From: Burkholderiaceae bacterium
GTDB lineage: Bacteria; Pseudomonadota; Gammaproteobacteria; Burkholderiales; Burkholderiaceae_A
Reading direction: 5' to 3'
Assembly (NCBI GenBank): GCA_049426285.1
Contig: JBMSYB010000004.1
Span: 3,800-67,799, forward strand
DNA length: 64,000 nt
Shown: positions 56,496-64,000 of the stretch, one piece after another
How the letters are laid out: every line of letters begins with the position of its first letter
How positions within the stretch are numbered: position 1 is the first letter of the stretch
Program-made: the position numbers and the translations under genes
The notes under the pieces: generated by a model
What the model was told of the DNA's origin: nothing
The model's input: the letters and a program-made list of their open reading frames with translations, nothing else
Database searches by the model: none

Positions 56496-58319
56496 TTAGA
56501 CCGCAGAGCCCGACTCTACGAAAGACCGCCAGCCGCCGAAATGGGTAATTTCCATAGCGTCGTCAAGCGCAACCGGCTCGCAGATAAACCCCTTTACCCA
56601 GCTGCCATCGCTGAGTTCGATATTGCCGAGTCCCAGTGGATGGGGAATCTGGGCGAGAAAGGGGCCGACCGAGGCCAAAGGAAAGTCATAGACCTCAACG
56701 GAAATGCTCGCTCCCCCACTGGTGACGCGTCTGAGCCCGGGCTTGGGCGGCGCGGTCTGCCGCAGGGCATACAGGGTGTAATGGGCTGCAGTCTGGCAGC
56801 TGGCACGCAGACTGGCCCCTGCCTGCTCTACCTGCCAATGCAGGGGCATTCCTTTGAGGTGCGCTCCCACCATGGCAATAGGAATCGACTGACTGGGGGG
56901 CAGCCACCGTGGCCCACTGCTGTCGGTGTCATCGGTGGCAGATTCTTTCAGATACCAGCCGACTGGGCACTGCGCGGCCCGCTGCCAGTCATGACCTACG
57001 TTGAGTAAGGCATGGTCGTGGCCTCCGGGGGCGACTAGGGTGATGCCAAACGGAAGACCCGCCGGGGTAATCGACGCAGGCAGGGCCAGCGCGGACCATC
57101 CGAGCAGGTTGACAAAGTTGGTGTAGGCACCGAGCGCGGCGTTGGCAGAAATGGGTGCTTCACGTATCTGTTGCAGGCTGGGGAGTTCGGGGGCCGTGGG
57201 AAGAAACAGCAGGTCGATATCGGAAAAAATCTGCGCGGCTAAGACCGCAAGTTCCCGCAGTCGGTAGTGTGCTTCAAAGGCCTGCTGCGCGGAAAACTGG
57301 GCGCCTTTGCGCACAATAGCCGAAACACTGGGATCCAGGTCAGGCCGTTGCTCGTCTAGCAGCGGTCTGATGACGCTGTAGCGTTCGGCCACCCACGGGC
57401 CCTCGTACAGAAGTGCGGCGGTCTCATCGAGTGGTGTCATGTCGATTGGGTTAAGCTGCCAGCCCAGTGCCTCCGCCTTTGTAAGTGCTGCCGCATAGGC
57501 CTGTTGGTAGTCATGGGAACTCAGAATGGGTGCCTTCGGCACCCCGATGCGCAGCGGCGTAGGCATGGCAAATCGCGGTGTCACTGGGGCAGAGTGGAAC
57601 TGTGGCTCCTTTGCTCTTACGGCCTCGGGTGTCTGGGCGGCCCGCAGCACCAATGCGGCGTCTTGCACGGTGAGGGTAAAAAAAGAGACAACATCCAGTG
57701 TCTTGCAGGCAGGCAGAACCCCCTGTGTGCTGACCAGCCCTGGTGTTGGTTTGGTTCCTACCAGGTTGCAGAACCCTGCGGGTATCCTCCCGGACCCTGC
57801 GGTATCGGTACCCAGCGCAAAACATACAAGACCGCGTGAGACCAAGGAGGCAGACCCCGAGCTTGAGCCTCCGCTAATGTAGTCTGGGTGGAAAGGGTTG
57901 GGAACCGCCCCATAAGGAGACCGGGTGCCGACAAGCCCTGTAGCAAACTGATCGAGATTGGTCTTTGCAAGCAGAATGGCCCCCGCTGCCTGCAGCTGTG
58001 CGACGACCGTTGCGGTTTGCTGTGCAATGTAACGATACGAAGGGCAGGCCGCAGTGGTGGGCCAGCCCGCGACGTCAATATTGTCTTTGATGGCAAAGGG
58101 CACCCCATATAAGGGCAGGCTCTTAGGGCTCTTGCCCGCGAGCTGGTCAAGCTGCACCTGCACCTGCTCCCAGCTTGGAATAAAAATAATGGCTGTATCG
58201 CCTTGGGGGCCAACACTGCACTCGTTAATCGCATTCCATTGCTGGCGAATATGCGTTTCGACGGAGAGCCCTACAGCATAGGCAGACAAGAGGTCGGTAA
58301 TCGTGTGGAGGTTTTTCAT
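56496..58319 (-). CDS. atzF: Allophanate hydrolase (amidase plus C-terminal domain)
   Basis: GVPFAIKDNID, KTNLDQFATGLVGTRSPYG, GGSSSGSA, GTDTAGSGRIPA, YTNFVNL, and C-terminal VGAHL.GMPL...GWVKGFICE...FGGWR. Its ATG overlaps the ABC ATPase stop. Confidence 0.92.
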   Translation of the reverse strand: MKNLHTITDLLSAYAVGLSVETHIRQQWNAINECSVGPQGDTAIIFIPSWEQVQVQLDQLAGKSPKSLPLYGVPFAIKDNIDVAGWPTTAACPSYRYIAQQTATVVAQLQAAGAILLAKTNLDQFATGLVGTRSPYGAVPNPFHPDYISGGSSSGSASLVSRGLVCFALGTDTAGSGRIPAGFCNLVGTKPTPGLVSTQGVLPACKTLDVVSFFTLTVQDAALVLRAAQTPEAVRAKEPQFHSAPVTPRFAMPTPLRIGVPKAPILSSHDYQQAYAAALTKAEALGWQLNPIDMTPLDETAALLYEGPWVAERYSVIRPLLDEQRPDLDPSVSAIVRKGAQFSAQQAFEAHYRLRELAVLAAQIFSDIDLLFLPTAPELPSLQQIREAPISANAALGAYTNFVNLLGWSALALPASITPAGLPFGITLVAPGGHDHALLNVGHDWQRAAQCPVGWYLKESATDDTDSSGPRWLPPSQSIPIAMVGAHLKGMPLHWQVEQAGASLRASCQTAAHYTLYALRQTAPPKPGLRRVTSGGASISVEVYDFPLASVGPFLAQIPHPLGLGNIELSDGSWVKGFICEPVALDDAMEITHFGGWRSFVESGSAV

Positions 58320-60094
58320 TCTTTTGTGTCTTGGAGAAAACGGGGTGCGGCCGCAAGCAGCGTCTTGGTGTAGTCGTGTTGCGGCGCATGAAACACCTGG
58401 TGCGTCGGGCCGGATTCGACAATGCGGCCGGACTGCATCACGATGACGCGGTCGCAGAGCAGTCGCACGACTTCCAGGTCGTGACTGACAAACAGATAAG
58501 ACATTCCGAGGTCTGCCTTGAGGTCTGCAAGCAGGTTCAGTACCACCGCCTGTACAGACACATCGAGCGCTGCTGTGGGCTCATCAAGAATGAGCAGCTC
58601 TGGGCGGCTTGCCAAGGCTCGGGCGATGCCTACGCGCGCCTTTTGCCCCCCCGACAACTGGTGCGGAAGACGGCTTAAGAGCTCTGTCTCAAGCCCCACC
58701 TGCTCGGCGAGCTTTCGCACCTCCGTATGAATCTGATCCCGCGATGAGAGGTTCAGCAAATGGATGAGGGGGTCTGCGATTGACTGCTCAGCGGTTGCTC
58801 GGGGGTTGAGGCTCTCTGTGGGGTCTTGGAAGACCATCTGTATCTGTGCCCGCATCGGAGACTGCGTGAACTGGTCGCTGCGTATAAGGCTGAGGTCTTT
58901 TCCCTTAAACCAGATGCTGCCATCGGTGGGTTCGAGCAGTCGTGCGATCATGGCCGAGGTGGTGGACTTACCGCAGCCAGACTCGCCAACTAGCCCCACA
59001 CTCTCGCCAGGAAACACCTGAAAGCCAATGCGGTCTACGGCGAGAAAGGGGGCAGGCTGCCTGCGGTGCAGCCAGTCTCCCAGGCCTCGCGCCCTTGGAA
59101 ACGCTTTAACCAGATCGACCACGTCGAGCAAGGGAACCGCTGTCTTCGTTGTGCTGGCAGGGGCAGGGGCAGGAGCAGAGGCCACACTCGGGGCCGAATC
59201 AAGGGCCGTACCAGAGTCTAAGTCAGGGGCGACTTCGGGTCGTTCGGGCGGTCGTTTAGCCCGCTGTAAGCCCTCATCTGGCAGCAGTTCTCTAAGACTC
59301 TGCGCATGATGCGGTGTTGCCTTTACCAGCTTGCGTGTGTAGGGATGCTGGGGCCGCAGAAAGATATCTTGGGCCTGGCCACTTTCGACCACCAGGCCAC
59401 GCTCCATCACGATAATGGTGTCGCAGTATTCGCCCGCAAGACCAAGGTCATGGGTGATCAGAATAGAAGCCATGCCACTTTCGCGGGTGAGGTTGCGAAT
59501 AAGGTCCATGACAGTTCGTTGGGTGGTGACATCCAGCCCTGTGGTGGGCTCATCAGCAATGAGAATCTGCGGCTTACAGGCCAAGGCCATGGCAATTACG
59601 ATCCGCTGGCACATTCCGCCGGACAGCTCGAACGGGTAGGCGTGGTAGCGCTCCTCGGGGTTACGAATCTGCACCCGCTGCAGTGCCTCGATTGCCTTGT
59701 GCCGTGCGGATGCCCGGGTGGCCTGGGCATGCTCAATGAGCACGTCGGAGATCTGCTGCCCCACGGTACGAATGGGATTCAGGGCTGCCCGGGGGTTCTG
59801 AAAGATCATCGAGATCTCTCGCCCGCGTAGTTCGTTCATCACCGATTCAGAAGCCTGGTCGAGGCGTATGCCGCCGAAGACCGCAGACCCGGATGCGATG
59901 ATCCCCGCGCGGTCGAGAATCCGCATGATGGCGTAGGAGGTTACCGACTTGCCGGACCCCGACTCGCCCACGATGCCAATGGTCTGCCCCTTGCGCAGCG
60001 TGAATGAGACATCCCGAACCGCATCCACCGTGCCACGGCGGGTGCGAAACTGCACCGATAGCTGCTGCACCGATAAAAGAGCGGGACCAGACAT
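58316..60094 (-). CDS. Peptide/nickel-type ABC transporter, fused double ATPase
   Basis: Two GESGSGKS/GESGCGKS motifs, LSGGMCQR and LSGGQKAR, two HPYT-like tails. Confidence 0.93.
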   Translation of the reverse strand: MSGPALLSVQQLSVQFRTRRGTVDAVRDVSFTLRKGQTIGIVGESGSGKSVTSYAIMRILDRAGIIASGSAVFGGIRLDQASESVMNELRGREISMIFQNPRAALNPIRTVGQQISDVLIEHAQATRASARHKAIEALQRVQIRNPEERYHAYPFELSGGMCQRIVIAMALACKPQILIADEPTTGLDVTTQRTVMDLIRNLTRESGMASILITHDLGLAGEYCDTIIVMERGLVVESGQAQDIFLRPQHPYTRKLVKATPHHAQSLRELLPDEGLQRAKRPPERPEVAPDLDSGTALDSAPSVASAPAPAPASTTKTAVPLLDVVDLVKAFPRARGLGDWLHRRQPAPFLAVDRIGFQVFPGESVGLVGESGCGKSTTSAMIARLLEPTDGSIWFKGKDLSLIRSDQFTQSPMRAQIQMVFQDPTESLNPRATAEQSIADPLIHLLNLSSRDQIHTEVRKLAEQVGLETELLSRLPHQLSGGQKARVGIARALASRPELLILDEPTAALDVSVQAVVLNLLADLKADLGMSYLFVSHDLEVVRLLCDRVIVMQSGRIVESGPTHQVFHAPQHDYTKTLLAAAPRFLQDTKE

Positions 60095-60118
60095 GGGATA
60101 GGAATGCCGAGGGGGAAC

Positions 60119-60964
60119 TTAGGTTCTGCGGGCGGGATCAACGAGGTCACGAAGCCCGTCGCCCATGAGGTTGAAGGTAAAGACGGCAATCATCAGTGCC
60201 AGCCCCGGAAAGAGGGCGAGCCACCACTCGCCCGAGACGATATAGCTTGCCCCTTCGGCCACCATGATTCCCCATTCGGGTGTGGGCGGCCGAACGCCAA
60301 GCCCGATAAACGAAAGCCCTGCCGCATTCAAAATCGCCCAGCCCATATTGAGCGAGATCTGCACCATCATTGGGGGCAGAATATTGGGAACCACCCGGGC
60401 AAATAGAATACGGGCATCGTGATTGCCGGAAAGCTTGGCTGCCATCACCCAGCCTGCGTTTCGCCGAATGGATACCTCTGCCCGTGCAACACGTGCATAG
60501 AACGGCAGATTGATAATGGCCGTAGCGATCACAATGTTTTCAATCGTGTTCCCCGAGGCGGCCACGATGCCCATGGCAAGCACAAAGAGCGGAAATGCCA
60601 TGATGGTATCGAGCAGTCGGCCAAGAATACGGTCGGTCCAGCCACCCCAGAAACCGGACACAGCGCCCAGGGCGGTTCCCACAAAAAACGACAAGGCGAC
60701 CGCGCTAAATGAGATCAACAGGTCGAGCCGTGTTGCCACCACGACTCGGGAAAAGACATCGCGGCCAACCTGATCCGTGCCGAACCAGTGCTGAAGGCTT
60801 GGGGGCTTGAGTGCACCTGTGGCCGCGCTAGCCAAGGGATCATAGGGCACCAGCGAGGGTCCAAAAATCGCAACCAGCAGCATGACTGCAAAGAGGCTAA
60901 AGGCCAGTAAGGTTACTGGGTTGCTCACCAGCACATATCGAAGATGCTGAAAGAAACTAACCAT
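60119..60964 (-). CDS. ABC transporter permease (DppC-like)
   Basis: HWFGTDQVGRDVFSR, NILPP, AAGLSFIGLGVRPPTPEWG, FNLMGDGLRD. Confidence 0.93.
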   Translation of the reverse strand: MVSFFQHLRYVLVSNPVTLLAFSLFAVMLLVAIFGPSLVPYDPLASAATGALKPPSLQHWFGTDQVGRDVFSRVVVATRLDLLISFSAVALSFFVGTALGAVSGFWGGWTDRILGRLLDTIMAFPLFVLAMGIVAASGNTIENIVIATAIINLPFYARVARAEVSIRRNAGWVMAAKLSGNHDARILFARVVPNILPPMMVQISLNMGWAILNAAGLSFIGLGVRPPTPEWGIMVAEGASYIVSGEWWLALFPGLALMIAVFTFNLMGDGLRDLVDPARRT

Positions 60965-61976
60965 CGATTTTCAGCCGAGGGTCAATCAGTGTGTAAGCAA
61001 TGTCAACGCAGAGGTTGAGCAACACAAACAAAACGGCCATGGCCAGTACAAAACCTTGTACAGCGGCATAGTCGGAGGCAACCAATGCCTCTATTGCATA
61101 AGAGCCAATGCCGGGCCAGCTAAATACCTTTTCAACCAGGACATTGGCCCCCAGAGAAAAGGAAAAGACCATACCCAGCGTTGTCACCACAGGAAGCAGG
61201 GCATTACGCAGGGCATAACTAAAAAGAATTTTTGCTGAGCGCAGGCCGCAGGCCTTCGCGGTGCGGATGAAATCCGAGCCCAACGCCTGCAGCATCGAGG
61301 CCCGGGTCATACGCGCCAGTGGGGCCAAGGTAAACAGCGCCAGGGTAATCGACGGTAGCGCAAGCTGCTTCATCGCAGACCAGGCGGTCTGCCACTCCCC
61401 CGCCAAGGGCGCATCAATCAAATAAAAGCCAGTGACATGGGGAGGCGGCAAGGAGACGATATCGATTCGCCCCAAGGGCGTTGGCGCAATTCCCAACAGG
61501 TAATAAAAGACATAGACCAGGACCAGGCCGGTGAAGAACGTGGGAAGACTCACCCCTGCCGTGACAACGAAACGGCAGAGCTGGTCAACCCAGGTGTCTT
61601 GCTTGAGTGCAGCCAGAACGCCGAGTGGCACTGCAATTGAAACAGAAAGGATAAGCGCTACCAAGGTAAGTTCGAGAGAAGCCGGCAGTCGCTGCGCCAG
61701 ATCGGCGATCACTGGCTGGCCTGTCGATAAAGACTGACCAAGGTTGCCGCGCATGAGGTCAGCAAGATAATTTAAAAACTGAATGGGTAAGGGCTGATCC
61801 AGGCCAAGCTGCGCCCGAACCTCTGCAATCGATTCTGTGGTTGCTGCCGGGCCTGCAAAGAACGCGGCCGGATCCCCGGGCAGCGCCCGGGTCATCAAAA
61901 AGGTCACCACCAGAATCCCTAGCAGGGTTGGCAGTGCCTGACCCAGGCGACTGAGGACCACAATCAAACGAGACAT
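60957..61976 (-). CDS. ABC transporter permease (DppB-like)
   Basis: LPGDPA, GLDQPL..QF..YL, RLPASLEL, FIRTAKACGL, YALRNA, VEKVFSWPGIG. Confidence 0.93.
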   Translation of the reverse strand: MSRLIVVLSRLGQALPTLLGILVVTFLMTRALPGDPAAFFAGPAATTESIAEVRAQLGLDQPLPIQFLNYLADLMRGNLGQSLSTGQPVIADLAQRLPASLELTLVALILSVSIAVPLGVLAALKQDTWVDQLCRFVVTAGVSLPTFFTGLVLVYVFYYLLGIAPTPLGRIDIVSLPPPHVTGFYLIDAPLAGEWQTAWSAMKQLALPSITLALFTLAPLARMTRASMLQALGSDFIRTAKACGLRSAKILFSYALRNALLPVVTTLGMVFSFSLGANVLVEKVFSWPGIGSYAIEALVASDYAAVQGFVLAMAVLFVLLNLCVDIAYTLIDPRLKIDG

Positions 61977-61998
61977 ATCGAACCCGGCCGGTAATACC

Positions 61999-63609
61999 TT
62001 AGAGCTTCAACGATCGGGCATCCACCTGGCGGTGGTACCAGAAGGTGTAGCCTGTGAGCTTTTGCGCCATGGCGGATTCCAGCGTAGGCTGCCAGAGTGC
62101 TATACGTGGCAGGTCTTCAAATGCTTTTTCGATTAGCTGGCGAATCTTGGGCGCATAGGCAGGATCGCTAGGCTCCATGTGCAAGGTCTCGTTGACCAGC
62201 TGTCTAACGGTCTGATCGTCGTAGTTCGATGCGTTAAAGAGGTTCTCTTTCAGGTAGGAGTAGTAGAAGTAATAGCACGGCGTATTAAGCCAGCCACCGA
62301 AGTTTTCCAACAGGAAGGGAAACTTCTTCTCAACGAGTGCAAGGGTTCGCCAGTTTGCGCCGGGGACCTTATCCAGCGATACCTTGATTCCGATTTTTCC
62401 AAGGCTTTCCTGAATCAACAAGGCGGTGGGCTCTCCCCAGTCTGCCTCGCCGAGGTCAAACGACAATGGCACCTCAAAGCCCTTGGGGAACTTGCTCTTA
62501 CTGAGCAAGGCTCTTGCCTGATCAAGGTTCGTGTTGTAGGGGAAGGGCTGTGGCCATGCAATGCTGGAAGGCTTTGCTGACTTCGCTCCCCACATCGGCA
62601 CGCCTCGGCCAAATGCGGCCTGATCAAAAATCTGTTGATAGGGGATGGCAAAGGCCACTGCCTTGCGAACATTCGAATCCTGAAAGGGCTCAAAGTTGTA
62701 GTTCAGGCAGGCCACATAGAGGCAGTTGTCAATCGGCGAGCCCACCACCTTAACCTTTGCATTGCTTGCAAGCTCCTGCGCGTCTTTGTTGGGTATCTGG
62801 AAGCTCAGCTGAACATCACCGCGCTCAATGAGCGCCCTGCGTGTGGACTGCGAGGGCACCTCGCGAATAATGACTCGGCGTATCGCTGGCTTAGGCCCAC
62901 CCGCCCAGTCATCGTTTCGCACATAGACAAGCTGCTGGCCTGCGTCCCAGCGTTCTACCTTGTAAGCGCCACTGCCCTGGGGGTTTGTGTGTAGGAACTC
63001 AGCCGCCCAGGGGTCGGCAGCCGTGGCTTTCGCCTTGGCCGCCTTGGAATTGATTACGACCGCGACAGGCACTGCCAGATTTGGCAGCGAGAGCTTGGAG
63101 GGCTGCTTTAAATTCACCTGAAAAGTTTTCGGATCGACCACTACGAACTGACCCGGATCCACGAATCCGCCCGCGCCCATCTGAAATCGTGGGAAGCCGC
63201 CAAGCGCGAGCGCGCGATCGTAAGACCATTTCACATCCTCTGCGGTGACCGGACTTCCATCCCAGAACTGGGCATTGGCCTTAATCTTGAAGGTGATGGT
63301 CTTGCGGTCTGGGCTGATCGTCCAGCTCTCGGCAAGCTCTGGAACCACCTTGCTGTAATCGAATGACAAAGAGCCATCTTTCAGGGTTCTGGTGCCAAAA
63401 CTCACCAGACGGTCATAGACATTTACTGCCACCTGATAACTGGGTCGGTTTGTGCCAGTGCGATGGATATCCAGGCTATTGATCGTATTGCCAATCACCA
63501 CCACAGCGGTATCGCCGGACTGTGCAAGTGCAGTGGACTTCAGAAAGGGCAGCATGGCAGCGCCAAGCGCGGCGCCAGAGGTGGTTTTCAGTAGATCACG
63601 GCGATTCAT
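61999..63609 (-). CDS. ABC transporter substrate-binding protein, family 5 (Tat signal)
   Basis: MNRRDLLK Tat signal, VYDRLV, PELAESW, FWDGSPVTAEDVKWS, GSGAYK, VRKAVAFAIPY. Start at ATG 63609 with AGGAG RBS. Confidence 0.92.
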   Translation of the reverse strand: MNRRDLLKTTSGAALGAAMLPFLKSTALAQSGDTAVVVIGNTINSLDIHRTGTNRPSYQVAVNVYDRLVSFGTRTLKDGSLSFDYSKVVPELAESWTISPDRKTITFKIKANAQFWDGSPVTAEDVKWSYDRALALGGFPRFQMGAGGFVDPGQFVVVDPKTFQVNLKQPSKLSLPNLAVPVAVVINSKAAKAKATAADPWAAEFLHTNPQGSGAYKVERWDAGQQLVYVRNDDWAGGPKPAIRRVIIREVPSQSTRRALIERGDVQLSFQIPNKDAQELASNAKVKVVGSPIDNCLYVACLNYNFEPFQDSNVRKAVAFAIPYQQIFDQAAFGRGVPMWGAKSAKPSSIAWPQPFPYNTNLDQARALLSKSKFPKGFEVPLSFDLGEADWGEPTALLIQESLGKIGIKVSLDKVPGANWRTLALVEKKFPFLLENFGGWLNTPCYYFYYSYLKENLFNASNYDDQTVRQLVNETLHMEPSDPAYAPKIRQLIEKAFEDLPRIALWQPTLESAMAQKLTGYTFWYHRQVDARSLKL

Positions 63610-63711
63610 TGTGGAGGCTCCTATAAACCCCATGGGGGTGGTGGCGAAGGGCCGATAGGAAAGACAGGGGGGTTGGCGTCTTATGAATACCTACCGGTAT
63701 ACAAGACGGTA

Positions 63712-63728
63712 TGCAGTATCTATGCCAA
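63712..63728 (-). promoter_or_regulatory. sigma54 (-24/-12) promoter of the ABC-atzF operon
   Basis: Minus strand TTGGCATAGATACTGCA has GG-N10-GC spacing and the TGGCA/TGC cores. Confidence 0.7.
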
Positions 63729-63811
63729 GAGGAAGAATGGCGAGCCCATGGGGTTCGCAGAGATAGTCTCCGAAGGCTTGCCACTAGGCTGCCCTATAAA
63801 CAGGCAGGTAT

Positions 63812-63849
63812 TGCACCAGACTAGCGCGATGCGGCGCGGCCCTGGTGCA
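63812..63849. promoter_or_regulatory. Two NtrC-type enhancer sites
   Basis: Perfect half-sites TGCACCA (63812-63818) and TGGTGCA (63843-63849), each with a degenerate partner. Site centres are 21 bp apart and about 120 and 140 bp upstream of the predicted start. Confidence 0.6.
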
Positions 63850-63908
63850 GCTGGTAGGTCAAGGTCACAAACTCGGCACGAACCCGTCCACTGGGCCCGC
63901 GATCTTTT

Positions 63909-64000
63909 CTAGAAAGCCGCTACGCCCCCGTTGGACCGCGGGTCGAATCCGCCTTCCAGAACGCCACTGGCATAACGCCGGATCATGCCTGCATGCCCGA
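63909..64000 (-). CDS. Gamma-glutamyltransferase / Ntn-hydrolase family, C-terminal end (partial)
   Basis: Manual translation GHAGMIRRYASGVLEGGFDPRSNGGVAAF* matches the GGT C-terminal G..DPR..G motif. Not in the ORF track. Confidence 0.8.
   Translation of the reverse strand, partial: GHAGMIRRYASGVLEGGFDPRSNGGVAAF

Overview
This is a gene-dense chromosomal segment of a GC-rich betaproteobacterium, probably Burkholderiales-like (inferred from gene content and protein style). I saw no CRISPR array, rRNA, integrase or transposase. From left to right it holds: a partial MFS gene; tRNA-Cys, tRNA-Gly and pgsA; the aerobic benzoyl-CoA (box) cluster, with CoA ligase, boxD, boxR and boxCBA, flanked by two MaoC hydratases; a perfect 28-bp palindrome, a small membrane ORF and an HNH gene; pnuC, a NadR-like kinase, a TPP riboswitch and a TonB receptor; MarR; an ActP-type symporter module with a CBS/DUF294 nucleotidyltransferase; a group-3-type Mrp antiporter operon (mrpEFGBCDD plus a degenerate third D-like subunit); a metallophosphoesterase and tRNA-Leu(TAA); a roughly 18 kb chemolithoautotrophy block (DUF442 sulfurtransferase, BigR/SqrR-like repressor, cbbR, red-type cbbLSX-F-P-Z-Y, DUF3422, thioredoxin, ArsR, soxCDYZAXB, cytochrome c); tesA/ybbA, purL and an ABC-F protein; and a sigma54/NtrC-type nitrogen-scavenging operon (peptide-type ABC transporter, allophanate hydrolase, GntR) next to a partial gamma-glutamyltransferase. 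The most notable items missing from the ORF track are: a hidden Hpt-motif ORF with an in-frame UAA and a downstream RNA hairpin (29768-30013); a 29-codon ORF coupled to boxD that looks like a DUF4863 gene collapsed by internal deletion (5809-5898); a TPP riboswitch whose P1 stem overlaps the upstream stop codon; an internally deleted Mrp subunit; a persulfide-sensor module directly downstream of cbbR; and repeated signs of leaderless genes. All family assignments come from motif recognition by eye; no database search was run.
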